Source: Cenococcum geophilum (Eukaryota). From it: a stretch of 64,000 bases of DNA. Position 1 is the first letter of the stretch. Each line of letters starts with the position of its first letter. Of this stretch, positions 37,980 to 50,309 are shown piece by piece. The position numbers and the translations under genes are program-made. The DNA lies in contig CP158635.1 in the NCBI GenBank assembly GCA_050273025.1, positions 28,954,001 to 29,018,000 of the forward strand. The letters are read 5' to 3'. The notes under the pieces are model-generated. The model was not told where the DNA came from. It made no database searches and saw nothing but the letters and a program-made list of their open reading frames with translations.

Positions 37980-38402
37980 GTAGTAAAGCTACTGCTGATA
38001 AAGGATAGCATTAGCCTGAACTCTACCGATATTAAAGGTCGGACTCCGCTCTTATGGGCTGCAGAGAGTGGACAAGAGGGAATGGTGAAGCTGCTGCTTG
38101 CGCAGAAAGGCGTTAACTCTAATTCTAAGGATAGTAATGGTCGGACACCACTCTTATAGGCTGCTTAATGGGCACGTAAGACTATAGTAAAACTATTACT
38201 TAAGGACGGTGTTGACGCGAAATCTAAGGATAAATATGGTGAAATGCCGTTATGGTAGGTAGCGGAGGGCTAGTATAAGATGAGAGAAATGTATTCATTA
38301 AACACGCGGCTAGTGGGGTTTATAGATGAGATATATAAGCTAGTAGTTCAGCTGCTGCTTGGGAAGGATGATGATGTAGACTTTAATACTGTATATACTT
38401 GA
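37980..38402 (+). pseudogene. Ankyrin-repeat gene 3' fragment (about 3 repeats)
   Basis: VVKLLLIKDSISLNSTDIKGRTPLLWAAESGQEGMVKLLLAQKGVNSNSKDSNGRTPLL*AA*WARKTIVKLLLKDGVDAKSKDKYGEMPLW*. Confidence 0.92.
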
Positions 38403-38899
38403 CTTTCCTGTAAATTAGAAGACTAAAGAAAGAGCAAAGGCTGCGGTTAACTTCCCTATGCTAAGCAAACTGTTGTCGCTGACTCCAACATCGTCCTCCT
38501 CTCTCCACCCATCTTTGTGCCAGCTGCCTCCTAATTTCGCATCGCCATTAAGTCACGAGGCGTAGCCTCATCCAAAAGATATCTGGCAATCCCCGTAGAT
38601 TGCGTAAGCCCCGCTGCATGAAAGCCTCACGTGTTGTGGAACAAACTAAAACGATAGGCATGATTAGTTATAGACTAGAAAACGCTGCATATCTACGCTA
38701 ATTGTTAAAAAGTCGCCGTCCGTTTCCATTATTTACTATCCCTTTTTAAAAATTTATTATTTGGTGTCCTTTTTTAAGTAAATTTGCCGCATTTAAGATC
38801 CTAATTTATGTGGTCTTGGCGCTTAAAGCAGCACTGAAGGATTAAGCTGTAGCGCCTATATTATTCCCACCTGCGCCTTATACCTTACTGTTTTCGCTT

Positions 38900-41080
38900 A
38901 AGACCGGAATAATGGGGCTTTTTTTTAAAATTTAGGAGTTTACTACGCCGTAGCGATGCTGTTACCGCCAACAATTAAACTTTTAAATTTATATATTTAA
39001 TTCTGTGCTGTATGTTTTGTATTTACTATTTCTTTAAGCGTTCTAATAGCCCTTCTGATGGGCCTTTAATGGGGCTGTTCTGCCTTTAATTAATAAAGGA
39101 ATTATTATTAGCTCTCTCCATTATCGCCATCTCCTTTAGTTTCTTTTTTTTTTTACCTATGGCAGACTGTGCTAACTTTAAGGTTTAATAGCTACCTCTA
39201 AACCTTTACTAACTATCCTCCGAAGTGCTTGCTTATCAGATTAAGCCTAAAGCCTTAACGTCTGCTATTAGAGACATTTTTTACTTTCTTTAGGCGCAAG
39301 ATAAATATTCCTACGAGCATCCTCGATCTTGGATTTAATTAACATTTACCCTTTTACTTTTAATTTACCATAGATTATAGGCGACCTACTATTTCCCGAA
39401 AGGACTGTACTATTGGGATTTTAGCTTATTTGCAACTATGCATTAATATAACATATGTTTCCTATTACTATTAAATCGCAGTACAAAACCTAAATTAAAA
39501 AAGCGATTGGATAAGTAGGTTTACCTAAAATATACCTATATAACTGCTCCTCACTATAATTAGGGTCATGATGGTGCTTATGGATGATCTATTTAAACGA
39601 GATATATATCCGGTTACCCTTTTTCTAGCCCTTATAATTGCTGATGGCGCTATTAAGGGAATCTAAAGTGTATTAGATCTATCTCTGCTTTAATTTAATA
39701 CCTTAAACGGATTCTTTTAATTATCCTTTAACGCGGATATAGATAAGATTCCTATACTGTAACCAACATGCCCTATAGGGAGTGTGGCGGCCAACTTTGT
39801 AATAAAACTAGTAGTGCTATAAGATATAATTAAAGAGCTCGTAAAACATGGGTGCTATAAGCGTATATTGACGGCTTTGCTAAAGGATAACCATAGAGCC
39901 TACAGGAAAGAAGTAAACGCGTGGAAAAGTAAGGCAATATATTATTTATACAGTTTTATACTAACATTTTAAAACTAATAGAAGCTGTTAGACAAGTCAT
40001 TACTAAGCTAGTTATATTCGTAAGAGGATAAGAAGAGTAAATTTTAAGCCTTTTATGGTCGAACTTAATTCCTATAGAGGTTACTAATGCTTAAACTTTT
40101 AAAGCTAAGCTTAGGGATATCGAATTGCCTTAAAACCTTAAATGTCTACTAAAATATAAGCCCTTAAGATATGAAGTTATTTACAGCTTCTATCGTAATC
40201 GGCATTATACCCTTAGTAAAGTTATTTAACCGTTAGTGGAAATGGTAAATAGCGTATAATATACCGTTTATTTTCCGGAGGCTAAGCCCGATATTATAGG
40301 TTGTTATCTATGGTGCAAAAAGCGCCTTTTAAGGTGAGACTTTAGTTTGGTACAGGAAGGCGTTTACTTATCTCTTTAATAGGATTCTAATAAAGTTATA
40401 TCTACTTCGTTGCTACTAAAAGAGCAAAGCTTTAGCTACTAGGGAAATTTTAACGGCGCGACTTAAAGACTGCGTACTAAGATGCTTTTGGGCTGGTTGC
40501 TCTACTTTTTTTAAGTATACTGGCATTAATGTCGCCGAACAGATCGCATCCCATATTACCAGCTATTTGCTATTTACGGCCTTAGAGTGTTGTTTATGGA
40601 ACGGGTGCCTCCGCCCTATAGAAAACTATGTTAAACTTAGCTTATACTTCTTCTAGGACTATGGCGTCCTATATAAGCTAACTTTACCAATAAGCGTATA
40701 TTTCTGCTATGAATATTCTCTATAGGTAGAATTAGACTTAAATTGGGCTAATTATTGTTCTGGCTACCTTTAAACCCCTCCTATATTCTATGGCCTCGTA
40801 TATACTTACGGAATTATTACTGTTGCTAGGCGCTGCCCATTTTGCTTTAGCTAATTAGAATATTAATAATTTCTAGAGCCGCGTTACTTTAACGCATATA
40901 TTAACTAGCATATAAATAAGTTACCTAGGGGGCTAGTAGGCTGTCTAGTATATAAGCATACCTCCCGGAACCCTTATAAGTTACGAAGTCACTTAGACAA
41001 AATTTATAAAGTTTATCCTATAGGTATAGGACAGAGCCTAAAACGTAAAAGAGAGAGAAGTGACGGAGGAGGAGATATAT
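38900..41080 (+). pseudogene. DUF3435-like tyrosine recombinase (Starship captain-like) with C-terminal zinc fingers, RIP-inactivated
   Basis: FYFL*AQDKYSYEHPRSWI*LTFTLLLL (~39278-39360); GLYYWDF; YPVTLFLALIIADGA (~39607); intron GTAAG...CTAAC...AG (39929-39981); YFPEAKPDIIGCYLWC (~40270); CFWAGC...H; CLWNGC; FCYEYSL*VELDLNWANYCSGYL (~40702); RCPFCF (~40831). Recognised by eye; the catalytic His/Tyr segment is not clearly readable and the start is approximate. Confidence 0.75.
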
Positions 41081-42166
41081 AATTTTACGCTAGCAAGATA
41101 TAATATTTATTAGACATTTGAATAATATAATGCTATTTTACTTTATAATTATTCGCCGTATATTTCTATAGAAACTAAATTATAATAAAAATGTATTTAT
41201 ATCCCAGTTTCTAAATTTATTAATTTTGTTTTTAGAATATATTCTATAAATAAAATTTAGATACTAGTTAATAGATTTAAAATCTAGTTTCCTAAACGGC
41301 TTAACTTTATATATATATCTGCTAGCTAAGCCGTTTTTACTAACTTTCTTATATAACTCCCTCACTTATAAGGCTCTCTTACTTCCTTATAAATCCCCCC
41401 TACTCCATTATAAAGCCTTCTTATCTATATAGTTATTTAGGAAAAATGTGTATATTTATCTTTATAAGAAGCCCCCTAAACTTTCTTAGACTATAACGCC
41501 TATACCCTAAATATAGAAGATGCTACCTTATACGATTAACTAACTGGGCGTTTAATTAGGGGGACGAAAATTAGTATACCAACTATTAATTACCTCTGGC
41601 GTATTAAAGTGTTCCTTAGGAAAGCCTGGCTGAGTTTAGCTCCGACTAATCCCACGTTAATGTAAATAAAGAAGATCTTGCTAAATTAGAGCGGCCGTGC
41701 GATTTAGCTGAGATATCTATTAACTAAGGCATCTAGTAAGCTAATATTTAAGTAACGCAGTTAAAGTATACTAAGAAATTAACTTAATAGTAGCTAGGAT
41801 ACTCTTACATTACTTTATATAGCAAGATGGAATTAATATATCTAAGAGTCGGAATTATAAAGAAATCCTTGTTCTCTAATTACCTACTAATACGGGTAAC
41901 GCACTATTTCTATAGCTTAGGACTGGTTTTAGATAGCCGCACTATAGCAATTAATTGTCCTATATTTTTGAGGTAAGGTAGACAATATATACGTGATAGG
42001 ACCTAAGCTTCTAGGCGTTCCCTTATCTTAGGTGCCTTAGCCGCTTTATAAGGAATTGGCGGTTGTATAACCTAGCACGTACTACCCCCTCTGTACCCTC
42101 GAATTCCTCTGCGAAGCATCTGAGAGATTATAGGCGTGTGCTTAGTGAAACAGTGTCACTTTTTAA

Positions 42167-42818
42167 GGGCATGTTCGATAACTTTTTTTGGCCAGGTGGA
42201 TTCCACTAGGTAGGTGCTTTAAAAAAGCCACCTAGGTCTACCTGGGTCCACCTAGTCGCGAACGGGCTACCGATATTGATATCCACCTGGTAGATGCTGT
42301 CCGTTCGACACCCCAGGTGGATTTTGGGCAGATTGGCCGTCTTAGCAGCTGAAAAGGAGGTTTCAACTGGCCAGGTAGAGGCGTTCGCGCCAACCGCGAT
42401 TGCACTCCCAAATCTAGTATAGCAGCGAGTTTTGTCAGCAATTTAAGCCACCTGGGCAGTCTATCTAGGCGAATTCCACCTGGACCTGCCGTTTTGAAGG
42501 GGGGGTCTAGGTGGAGCGCTGGCGCGACCTAGTTAATCAATTCTACCCTTTTCGTAATATTTTTGACCAATTCTCCCTATTATGTGATCTAACTATAAAG
42601 CCTTATATATTATTAGCCACAGTATCTATAGGCGAGCTCCTTTCTAGAATTGCCTGCCGAACGAATGCCTTCTACTAGGTGGAGAGCACCCCTGCTTTGG
42701 CGTCTAGAAGAGGCGCTTATACCCTGTAGATTGCGCCTAGGTGGGCCTTAAAAGTATTGACCTGGCTGCGCCTACCTAGTGGAGTTGACCTGGCCAAAAA
42801 AAGGTATCGAATATGCCC
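42167..42818. mobile_element. PIF/Harbinger-type MITE (652 bp), TAA TSD
   Basis: TAA|GGGCATGTTCGATAACTTTTTTTGGCCAGGT... and ...ACCTGGCCAAAAAAAGGTATCGAATATGCCC|TAA; ~50-bp TIRs; no transposase. Confidence 0.88.
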
Positions 42819-43077
42819 TAAGCCTGTGTTATAGCTTTGTTTACGACCAGTTTCCTATACCGCCTTAAAAGAACACAAAATATCTTAGCTGAGTTATTTA
42901 TCTGTAAGGATGTAAGCAGGAACCCCACGCGATCCGCGAGAGTCGCTACTGCTATTTGGGCTAATTTAGCTATGCCTAGCGTAACGCGCTAAGAGTAAGC
43001 TCTTAGCCCTTCTGGGCTTAATGCCAATTATAGGCTTAATGCAAATTTGCTTTATATATAAATTTTACCTATATATA

Positions 43078-43475
43078 ACCGTGCATCTCTTTAATAACTT
43101 AATAAAACTAAATATTATTTAAATTAACGTAGGTAACGGGGTTTTAATTACACCCTAGTTTTAACCGCGCTAGTGTACCACCTACTATTTTAAGTAAAGT
43201 TTTGTTGTTCTGCCAAAATTAAAGCAATACATATATTTAAAAGGCGGTGTGTTGTGCTAAGGCTTACCTAGGCGTGATAGATACAACCTAGGTAAAGTTT
43301 TGATGTTTAAAACGGTTATAACCCAGGGTGCGGTCAAAACCCCATTACCTATGTTATAACTTTCTTTAATAAAATTATCTAATAATTTAAAAAAAATTTA
43401 ATATAAATTATAAAGTAAAGTAGTAAAAATTAAATAGCTATTTAGTTTTATTAAGTTATTAAAGAGATGCATGGG
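43078..43475. mobile_element. Fold-back MITE (~400 bp), probable TA TSD (Tc1/mariner-type)
   Basis: TGCATCTCTTTAATAACTTAATAAAACTAAATA is inverted at both ends. A second inverted pair lies at ~43130-43170 and ~43312-43352. TA at 43076-77 and 43476-77. Confidence 0.78.
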
Positions 43476-43899
43476 TAATTTGTGCCTAGGTGCGCTGCCT
43501 ATTTAAGTTTAGCGGGGCCCTGACTCCCGTTTTTAGGCATCGCTCTCTCGCTTAGCTGACCGCCGCTTTTGACGTCTATAAAATGCTCCATCGCCTTTAC
43601 TGCCCTCTCTACCAGCTCTTTCTCCCTTGAATTCCACTTCTGCCCTAGCATTACCCCTACTACGAAGCCCTATCCTCATGGCCTGCGCCCGCCTCTTAAT
43701 ACTAAACCTCTAATTACGACCAATACTGAGATGCACGCTCTCTTAGCTAACGACTCCTAAATATTTGACTGTTGTTTCTACTCTTGCGGCCTATATGCTA
43801 CCGTTGCAATCTCGGCATGGACTACCTTGAATAAATACGCTAGATTTGGGGAGGCCGATATTGCGTCTCCTCTCTAAGCCTCTTTTTCTCTCTACGCTT

Positions 43900-46800
43900 C
43901 TTTCGTTTATTTTCCTCTCTAGTATTATTTTTGTAGGTATTTAGTTCTAACTTTCACATGGTCCCACTTTATCTGTATTCTATTATCTTAGCTCTATTAA
44001 CTAATAGCCTGCCCTAGAGTTAAGACGCCTATTTAAACACTTGGACAGATAATATTGGCAGGAAATCTTGGCAGAGTTATCTATCTGACCCTACGTGTTT
44101 AAGAGTCCGCTTAGAACAGGAATGCATAGCGTAAATATACATTATTACGGTGCCTTAACTTCTTTATGTGGTGCCTAATTACCATATCCAAAGACTTACT
44201 TCTATTATATGCTATAAATTAAGGGTTTAATAATTCTTTGTAATGCGTGTCCCAGTTTATACCTTCATCTTTATAGTATTATTATAGTTGCAAATACTAG
44301 AAGATCCTACTACTGGTTAGGCTAATTTAGCTATAAGTTGGTGTAATAGAACTTTATAAATGCCTAACTAAATACGTTTCGACTACTTCTAATGTTGCGC
44401 AGTCCTCGATAAATTTCGCAATAAAGTGTTAAAATATAATGGTTGACTTAATTCATCTCTTTAGTAGAGGCTAGTAGCTATATAATACAATATTAAGGAG
44501 GCTAGTAAGCTAGCCTCGATTCTTAACATAAAGACAATGACTTTATAATTAAAATCCTTAACTATTAAGACGATTAAAAGTAAACACTGTTATTACATTA
44601 TCCTCCTAGCTGCAGCCGTACTACTAAACTATCTCTTTCTTACATAACGAGTGTTTCTCCTATTACATTTTACTTTGGAAGCCCGGCAGTTAGAATAGGC
44701 TTTCTAACTGCAAAAGTCTCTATTAGATGCTTCTCTATTTATATAAACTTGCAGGTGCTTAGCAAAAGTGTCCGCTCGTGAAAAGTTTTTATTGCATTTC
44801 CGGCAGTTATATTTTGGATTTAATGTATCTATTTATATTAGAAATAAAAAAGAGTTGTAACGTAAAGCCGAACTTATGAGATTGTTTATGTCGAAGCATG
44901 CTTAACCTACTAGTGTAGCTATTGTAACAGATATTACAATTTATTTGTGGAGCTAGTGTAGACGGTTCTGAAGCGGGAGTGTTGTCGCTGTCTGTAGGAG
45001 AGGTCTTTTCCTACTATATAAGAGGTATGAATAGATAGCCTTTGTGCGTTTCTAAGGGGCTATTGGGAATTGCTGGGAGGGTTTGCTATGGTTCTATCTG
45101 CCTGGTTGTTATACCCGACCGGGCAAGTAAATTGCTAAATATTTCTGAGGATGGAGGGCTAGCTATCTAAAGGGTTTTATTCTGAAGTGGTTGATGCTCT
45201 ACTAACTCTGGATGCGCTATATAGCACTCCTGAATCTCTCTAATATATATATTGTTTGTCTTTGGAATCCGTATTAATAGTTTTACGTTAAACTGGGATA
45301 TATTCCTAGCTTGTTTAAGCAGTAATTGAAGTATTTTAAGCTCTGTAGATGAATTATATTAGCATTTAATAAAAATAGTAGACGTGGTGATAATTGTAGA
45401 TTAAATAAGACTTAATATATTTAACGGACGTAGGCCATGTTAAAGGCATAGGGAGAGCCACCTTCATTTGTAAGGACTATAATGTTACTGCCACTTTTAG
45501 GGTATATCTGCTGTGTACTACGGTCGTAGGGATCTATAGTGTAGCTGGTAGTTATTTTAAAGGCCTAACAGTACTGTCTATTACTTGCCTGGTATTTAAT
45601 ATATGGGCTGTTAGGAGGGGGTGTAGAGGGGAAAGGGCAGGACATTATTAGATTTAATTCCTGCGCGCGCGGATCTGATAACTTATGTCTTATTAATGCC
45701 CACTACGTATTAGTAAGCTAAGGAGAAATATAGACATACCGGCAATAGCGTGACGGGCATCTGAGATATATTCGGAAGACCACGCCGAGTTACTCGTCAT
45801 TAGCTAAGAATTGGCATCCTAACTTATTAAACCTTATAGAGGCGCTATATAGTCTAGCTGCTCTGAGCCCTTATATAGCTTTCTAAAACTCGGATTATTT
45901 GGTCTTTATTAGAAAGGAATAGTATTGGGTGGAAGGCTAGGCGGGTATCCTGCTAACTAATTAACACTTAATATATATTAGTAACTTAAGTATGCCAGGA
46001 ATATATTGACTATTGCATTTAAACGGCCATACTAGAGTATCCGTCGCCGGTTAGGGATTGGAACTCGGCCCTACCGAATCTAGGTTTGTCTAAGGGGGCG
46101 TTGCGATATAGCTTGGGGTTAAATTCGGGTTCTAAATGTGTCTTCTTATATAGGCTTCTAATTTCCACAGCTCGTTAAATCCCTTGCCTTCTTGAGATTT
46201 ATTGCAATCTGAATATAAGTAGAGATAAGACTTACGGCCGACGTATAGTCCGTGGGCTTTTCTTTTGTAACGAAGGCGGTTACCAAATTTTGTCATAGTC
46301 GTCTAGCAACCCTCGAATCTGCATTAAAACATCGGTATTAGAATTGGTCCTATAAATGGCTAGCATTAAAGGTATTAACTCGTTTAGAAAATTAAAAGAC
46401 ATAGGTAAATGGTTTGCTATATAATAAGATCTGCTTTAATCTAGAGAGGAAGATAAATTGAAGTCAATATAAGGGAGAACCCGACTAGCTCCCTATAAGG
46501 CACCGTTAGCGTTAAGTAATTGTGCTAAAGGCTTATTAAGTTTAAGGGGTTATAAAAGAGGCTTGCATTATCTATTATTAAGGATCTCCCGCAGATCCGT
46601 TAGATAAGGTCTAATAGAGAGACTGAACGGGGGGGGAAATGGGCTTGCACTTACCATTTCTATGGCTATAACCTATGGTATCGGGTAAGGGGTAGATATA
46701 GAAGAAGGAATGTTGCATCTAAGTTAGCGTTTATGGTCTGTGTTATGGTTGGCTCCCTAATCGGACGTGTTTACCTAAATTAAGGTGGCTGCCTATGAAT

Positions 46801-46900
46801 GTGTATGGTTTATAGCCGCTTGTCTTGAAGTCCGTGGTAGGGTAATTCCCGGAAGATTCCTGGAAGGATTTATACTGCGCTTAGGAGCTATATACTTTAA
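43900..46900 (-). pseudogene. Multi-C2H2 zinc-finger gene, intron-containing, RIP-degraded
   Basis: C*TTMTKFGNRLRYKRKAH and DCNKSQEGKGFNELWKLEAYIRRH (46140-46310); CNICYNSYTSRLSMLRHKQSH and CRKCNKNFSRADTFAKHL (44750-44945); GT-AG introns with branch-like sites. Limits approximate. Confidence 0.72.
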
Positions 46901-46949
46901 GAATTTGCTAGATTTTTATAAAATTAGCGCGCTAATATACTTGTATGTA

Positions 46950-48650
46950 TAGAACTAAGAAAATTCTATAATAACTATAGAGAAGCGTGGAGTTAAGTCT
47001 CTAACATTTAGTTAGGACGTAAATTGTTAACTGTCTCCTATTACCCACCTGATAATAAGCTATATGCCTATAAGTGATATTGTAACTTGTCTCTGCTTTT
47101 AAGTTCTTAGTTTTTCTAACTAGTCTCCCTAAAGGATGTATCCGTCCGTCTTAACCTCAAGAACCTAAAGATAAGATATTAGCTTAGTATATATGAATAA
47201 TAACTAGATAACTAAATACTTATGTAAGTAATATCATTTAATACCATACTTAGAAAGTGTTAAGATTCACAATTAAGATAGTAGAAGTGTAGGATATGAA
47301 AAGTTGAAAAGACAGACTGTTAGGGAGCGGACTGCTATACGGAAGGGTAAGAGATTGCTAGAGGAAGCATGGAGAGGCGCAATTCATTAGCCGGACGAGG
47401 GCACTGTTAGGATTATTACGGATAGGTACTCTGGCGAATCAGTCTAGTGGCGTTTTATTGTTAATTTAGACTGGCGGTAGCTCTACTAGTTTAGGTAGTA
47501 AAGCAAAGGTTAGACGGGCACTGCCTTTATTAACTTAATTTAACGAACGACTATCGGAATAGAATTGCAGATTTCTTATATTACAGCGGAGGTGGTCTAA
47601 CTAAAATATAAGAAAGTTAATCGTAATTGCGTTTGGAGATCTAATCTACTAATAGTGGAAATTCATAACACCTATAATATCAAGATCCTGGAAAAAACAT
47701 AAGGAGATAAATATTAATTGTATAACTATGGTATCCATTTTCTCTATTTCCTCGGTTCCTTCTAGTTTAAAGAAATATGGACTTATAACAATGTTATAGT
47801 CTTTATTCTATTTGGGCTTTAGTAGCGTTAGATAATAAACTGGTAATACGATAAGGGGGAACTTATGGATGATGGTAGATCCTATCCGGTAACTTAGTTT
47901 TATAAACTAGTAGAAGAAGAGGAGGAGGAGGAGGAGGTATTAATTTTAGATCTATATTAACAGATGATTTGCCAGCAGTTATTAAGCATAGATCGATAGT
48001 TAATATATTATCTTTACTGGTATATCGATTTGGGAGAGAGGATGGTTTAAGGTGTTTAATGCTACTGTATAGTATAACGCGAAGGTTTAAGACGGATATT
48101 ATTAAAAGAAGGACCTGTAAATGTTAGTAACTAAAAGAAAAGTAGTTCGTAAAGATATACCCAGTCTATATTATAACCTTATTCCGGGAATTTTGATAAC
48201 ACGCCTATGGCTATATAAATCGCGATAATAAAAAATCCGTATAAACTAGCTTGTAGCCAACCCTAGTCTCTAATTTTTGCGGTTTGCGAGCCAAATACGG
48301 GCTTGCCGTAGTCTATATAGAAGGAAAGGATAATTATACTCCCAAAGAGAAGGATGGCTAGTATTCCGCAATATGTTTTGGTTTTTATAGCAGCAGTTCC
48401 ACTTTAGCAAAGTTAGTGTTAGAGCCCCAATTTAGAATTTTCGTATATATAATCGCAAAAAGTATTATTAAAAATATCCCTAGTACTATAACAACGGAAC
48501 TTACAAGTAGATATACCCATCTTGGAATACCTATAAGGGATATATTCTTTGCACTTAAGGGAAGAAAAATGGCTACTGTGAAAATCTAACTAGGTATTAG
48601 TTATATATAAGGGACTTAGGCTTTATACTTACCTCTAAAGTAGCTATAAG
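46950..48650 (-). pseudogene. Unidentified intron-containing gene relic (possibly the 5' part of the C2H2 gene)
   Basis: Minus-strand introns GTAT...ACTAAC...CAG (~48115-48160) and GT...GCTAAT...TAG (~47165-47230); long nearly open frame at 48165-48600; no recognisable domain. Confidence 0.4.
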
Positions 48651-50309
48651 AAGTAAAGCGGCCTTTAGGAGAGCTTAGTTTAACCCATCTTACTACCTAA
48701 TACCTAACGATAATCCGTATACTATAGTAAGGATAATAAAATGTACTATATTACAAGTAATTAGATAAGGCATAATATAGGTTATAAAAGGACTTTTAGT
48801 AATAAGAATGGTATAAGTATTACTAAAGGCCGCGACTACGTAGGCTATAAGTATAATAATAATAAGGGGAAGAACAGAATCTATGTTAATAAGTATACTA
48901 TATATTAGCCTAATGCTCGAGCGGTAGATTGTGCATGCGGGGAAATATAAGGTAAAAGAAAATTGGTAAGGTCTTAAGGATAATAAGGCAATAAGTTAAT
49001 AATGTAATATGCATCTCTAGCCCCTAGGGCGCAATTGCTCTATATATTACTAAGCGTCCGTCCTCCCCTACTATGATATTTAAGATTTGGATATACCTAA
49101 GGATTTATTAATAACTGCCCTCCCCTAAAAGCTAACGTTGGCTTCCCTAACAAAGGGGTATCGCTATAGTAATTACTTCTTTTTGGGGAGCGCTTATGGG
49201 GTATACCGTAAAGCCAAAGAAAGATATTGCGGCGTTAATGTGCCCGTTTAAGAAGGTATGCCTATAACTTATAGGTTATAATCTCTAATAAGAACGTGTT
49301 TATTTTATAGGGATAGTTTACGGAACACTATAAGACAACATTCTTGGACTAGGTCTACGTATTAACCTAGCTAATAACTATATCGAAACTTGAGGATTAA
49401 AGCCCCTAGGCTGTCTGAGGAAAACATCGCTATAGCTTAGAGTTTCTTAAATGTTGCGTTGGCTTCCGCCACAGGTCCGATCTCGCAAATCTTTTAGATG
49501 CTAGCACTGCTATATTTCTAGTCCTATTGTGTAGGAAGCGTATACGTCCATTACGTTCTAGGAATTAGTTGGTAGATATTAGGCTATACTAAGGCGCCTA
49601 CTTTATAGGCACGAATAGGCGCCTTGGCATAGCCTAAATGGTATAGGCTTCCCCAGACATCTCTAATAACCTTTTTGTACTTATACCTACGGCGCCTTAA
49701 TAATGGGCGCTGATATTAGTAAGCCTGGATTCCAGCGGTTTAGGTCTTTATTACTTAATAAAGCTCTTATAGATAAAGAGGTAACTAGCTAGGTCTTCTT
49801 TAATGTAAATTTGCTAATGCGTCTATTAGTTTTAAAGTCTTATTACTTTATTAGTGTGAGGGGATCTTGTAAACAGGGGGCTATAAGGACACGATTGGAA
49901 CAGGATAGATTGGTAAGAGAGACAAATCCTTAAGGAGGTAAGGCCTCTAGAATTGTGGAGACTATATACTATAGGCACGTGCCTCCGGCATGTAACCGGC
50001 GACTATCCAAGGGGCGTCCGGGGGTTGTCCTAAGGGCAACCTAAGGTATCCGCAATAATATCCCTTACATTGCCCCCCCCTTCTTACGGTCGGCCCCCAT
50101 CGCCATTACCTTGCGGTAGGGAGATTATAAGGGCTTATCCCAGAAGAGGTTCGGAGAGATGTTAGAGAGGTGTCGGCATACCGCTGTATATTATCTATTT
50201 ATCTAACCCCTGCTTTAAACTCCTAAAAAACCTTAATAAGGAAAAAATATAACTGGAGAAAAGATGTAAGGATTACTAGGAGACCTATTAGAAGCCTATT
50301 AGAAGTATG

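Larger units (their letters stand above)
29400..37980 (+). mobile_element. Near full-length Tad1-clade LINE (ORF1 + APE/RT/RNase H ORF2), interrupted by element E, 3' tail missing
   Basis: ORF1 has zinc knuckle QCISC*KFGH (~33630); ORF2 motifs are listed separately. Colinear with the minus-strand copy at 1945-4430. The 5' boundary is only approximate. Confidence 0.9.

Noticed and set aside
38403..38900. Exact left terminus or target-site repeat of the putative Starship
   Set aside because: No partner end in the window, so no direct or inverted repeat can be verified.
41450..42100. Possible gene relic (RPCDLAEI, superficially patatin-like)
   Set aside because: No GTSTG or other supporting motif; cannot be called.
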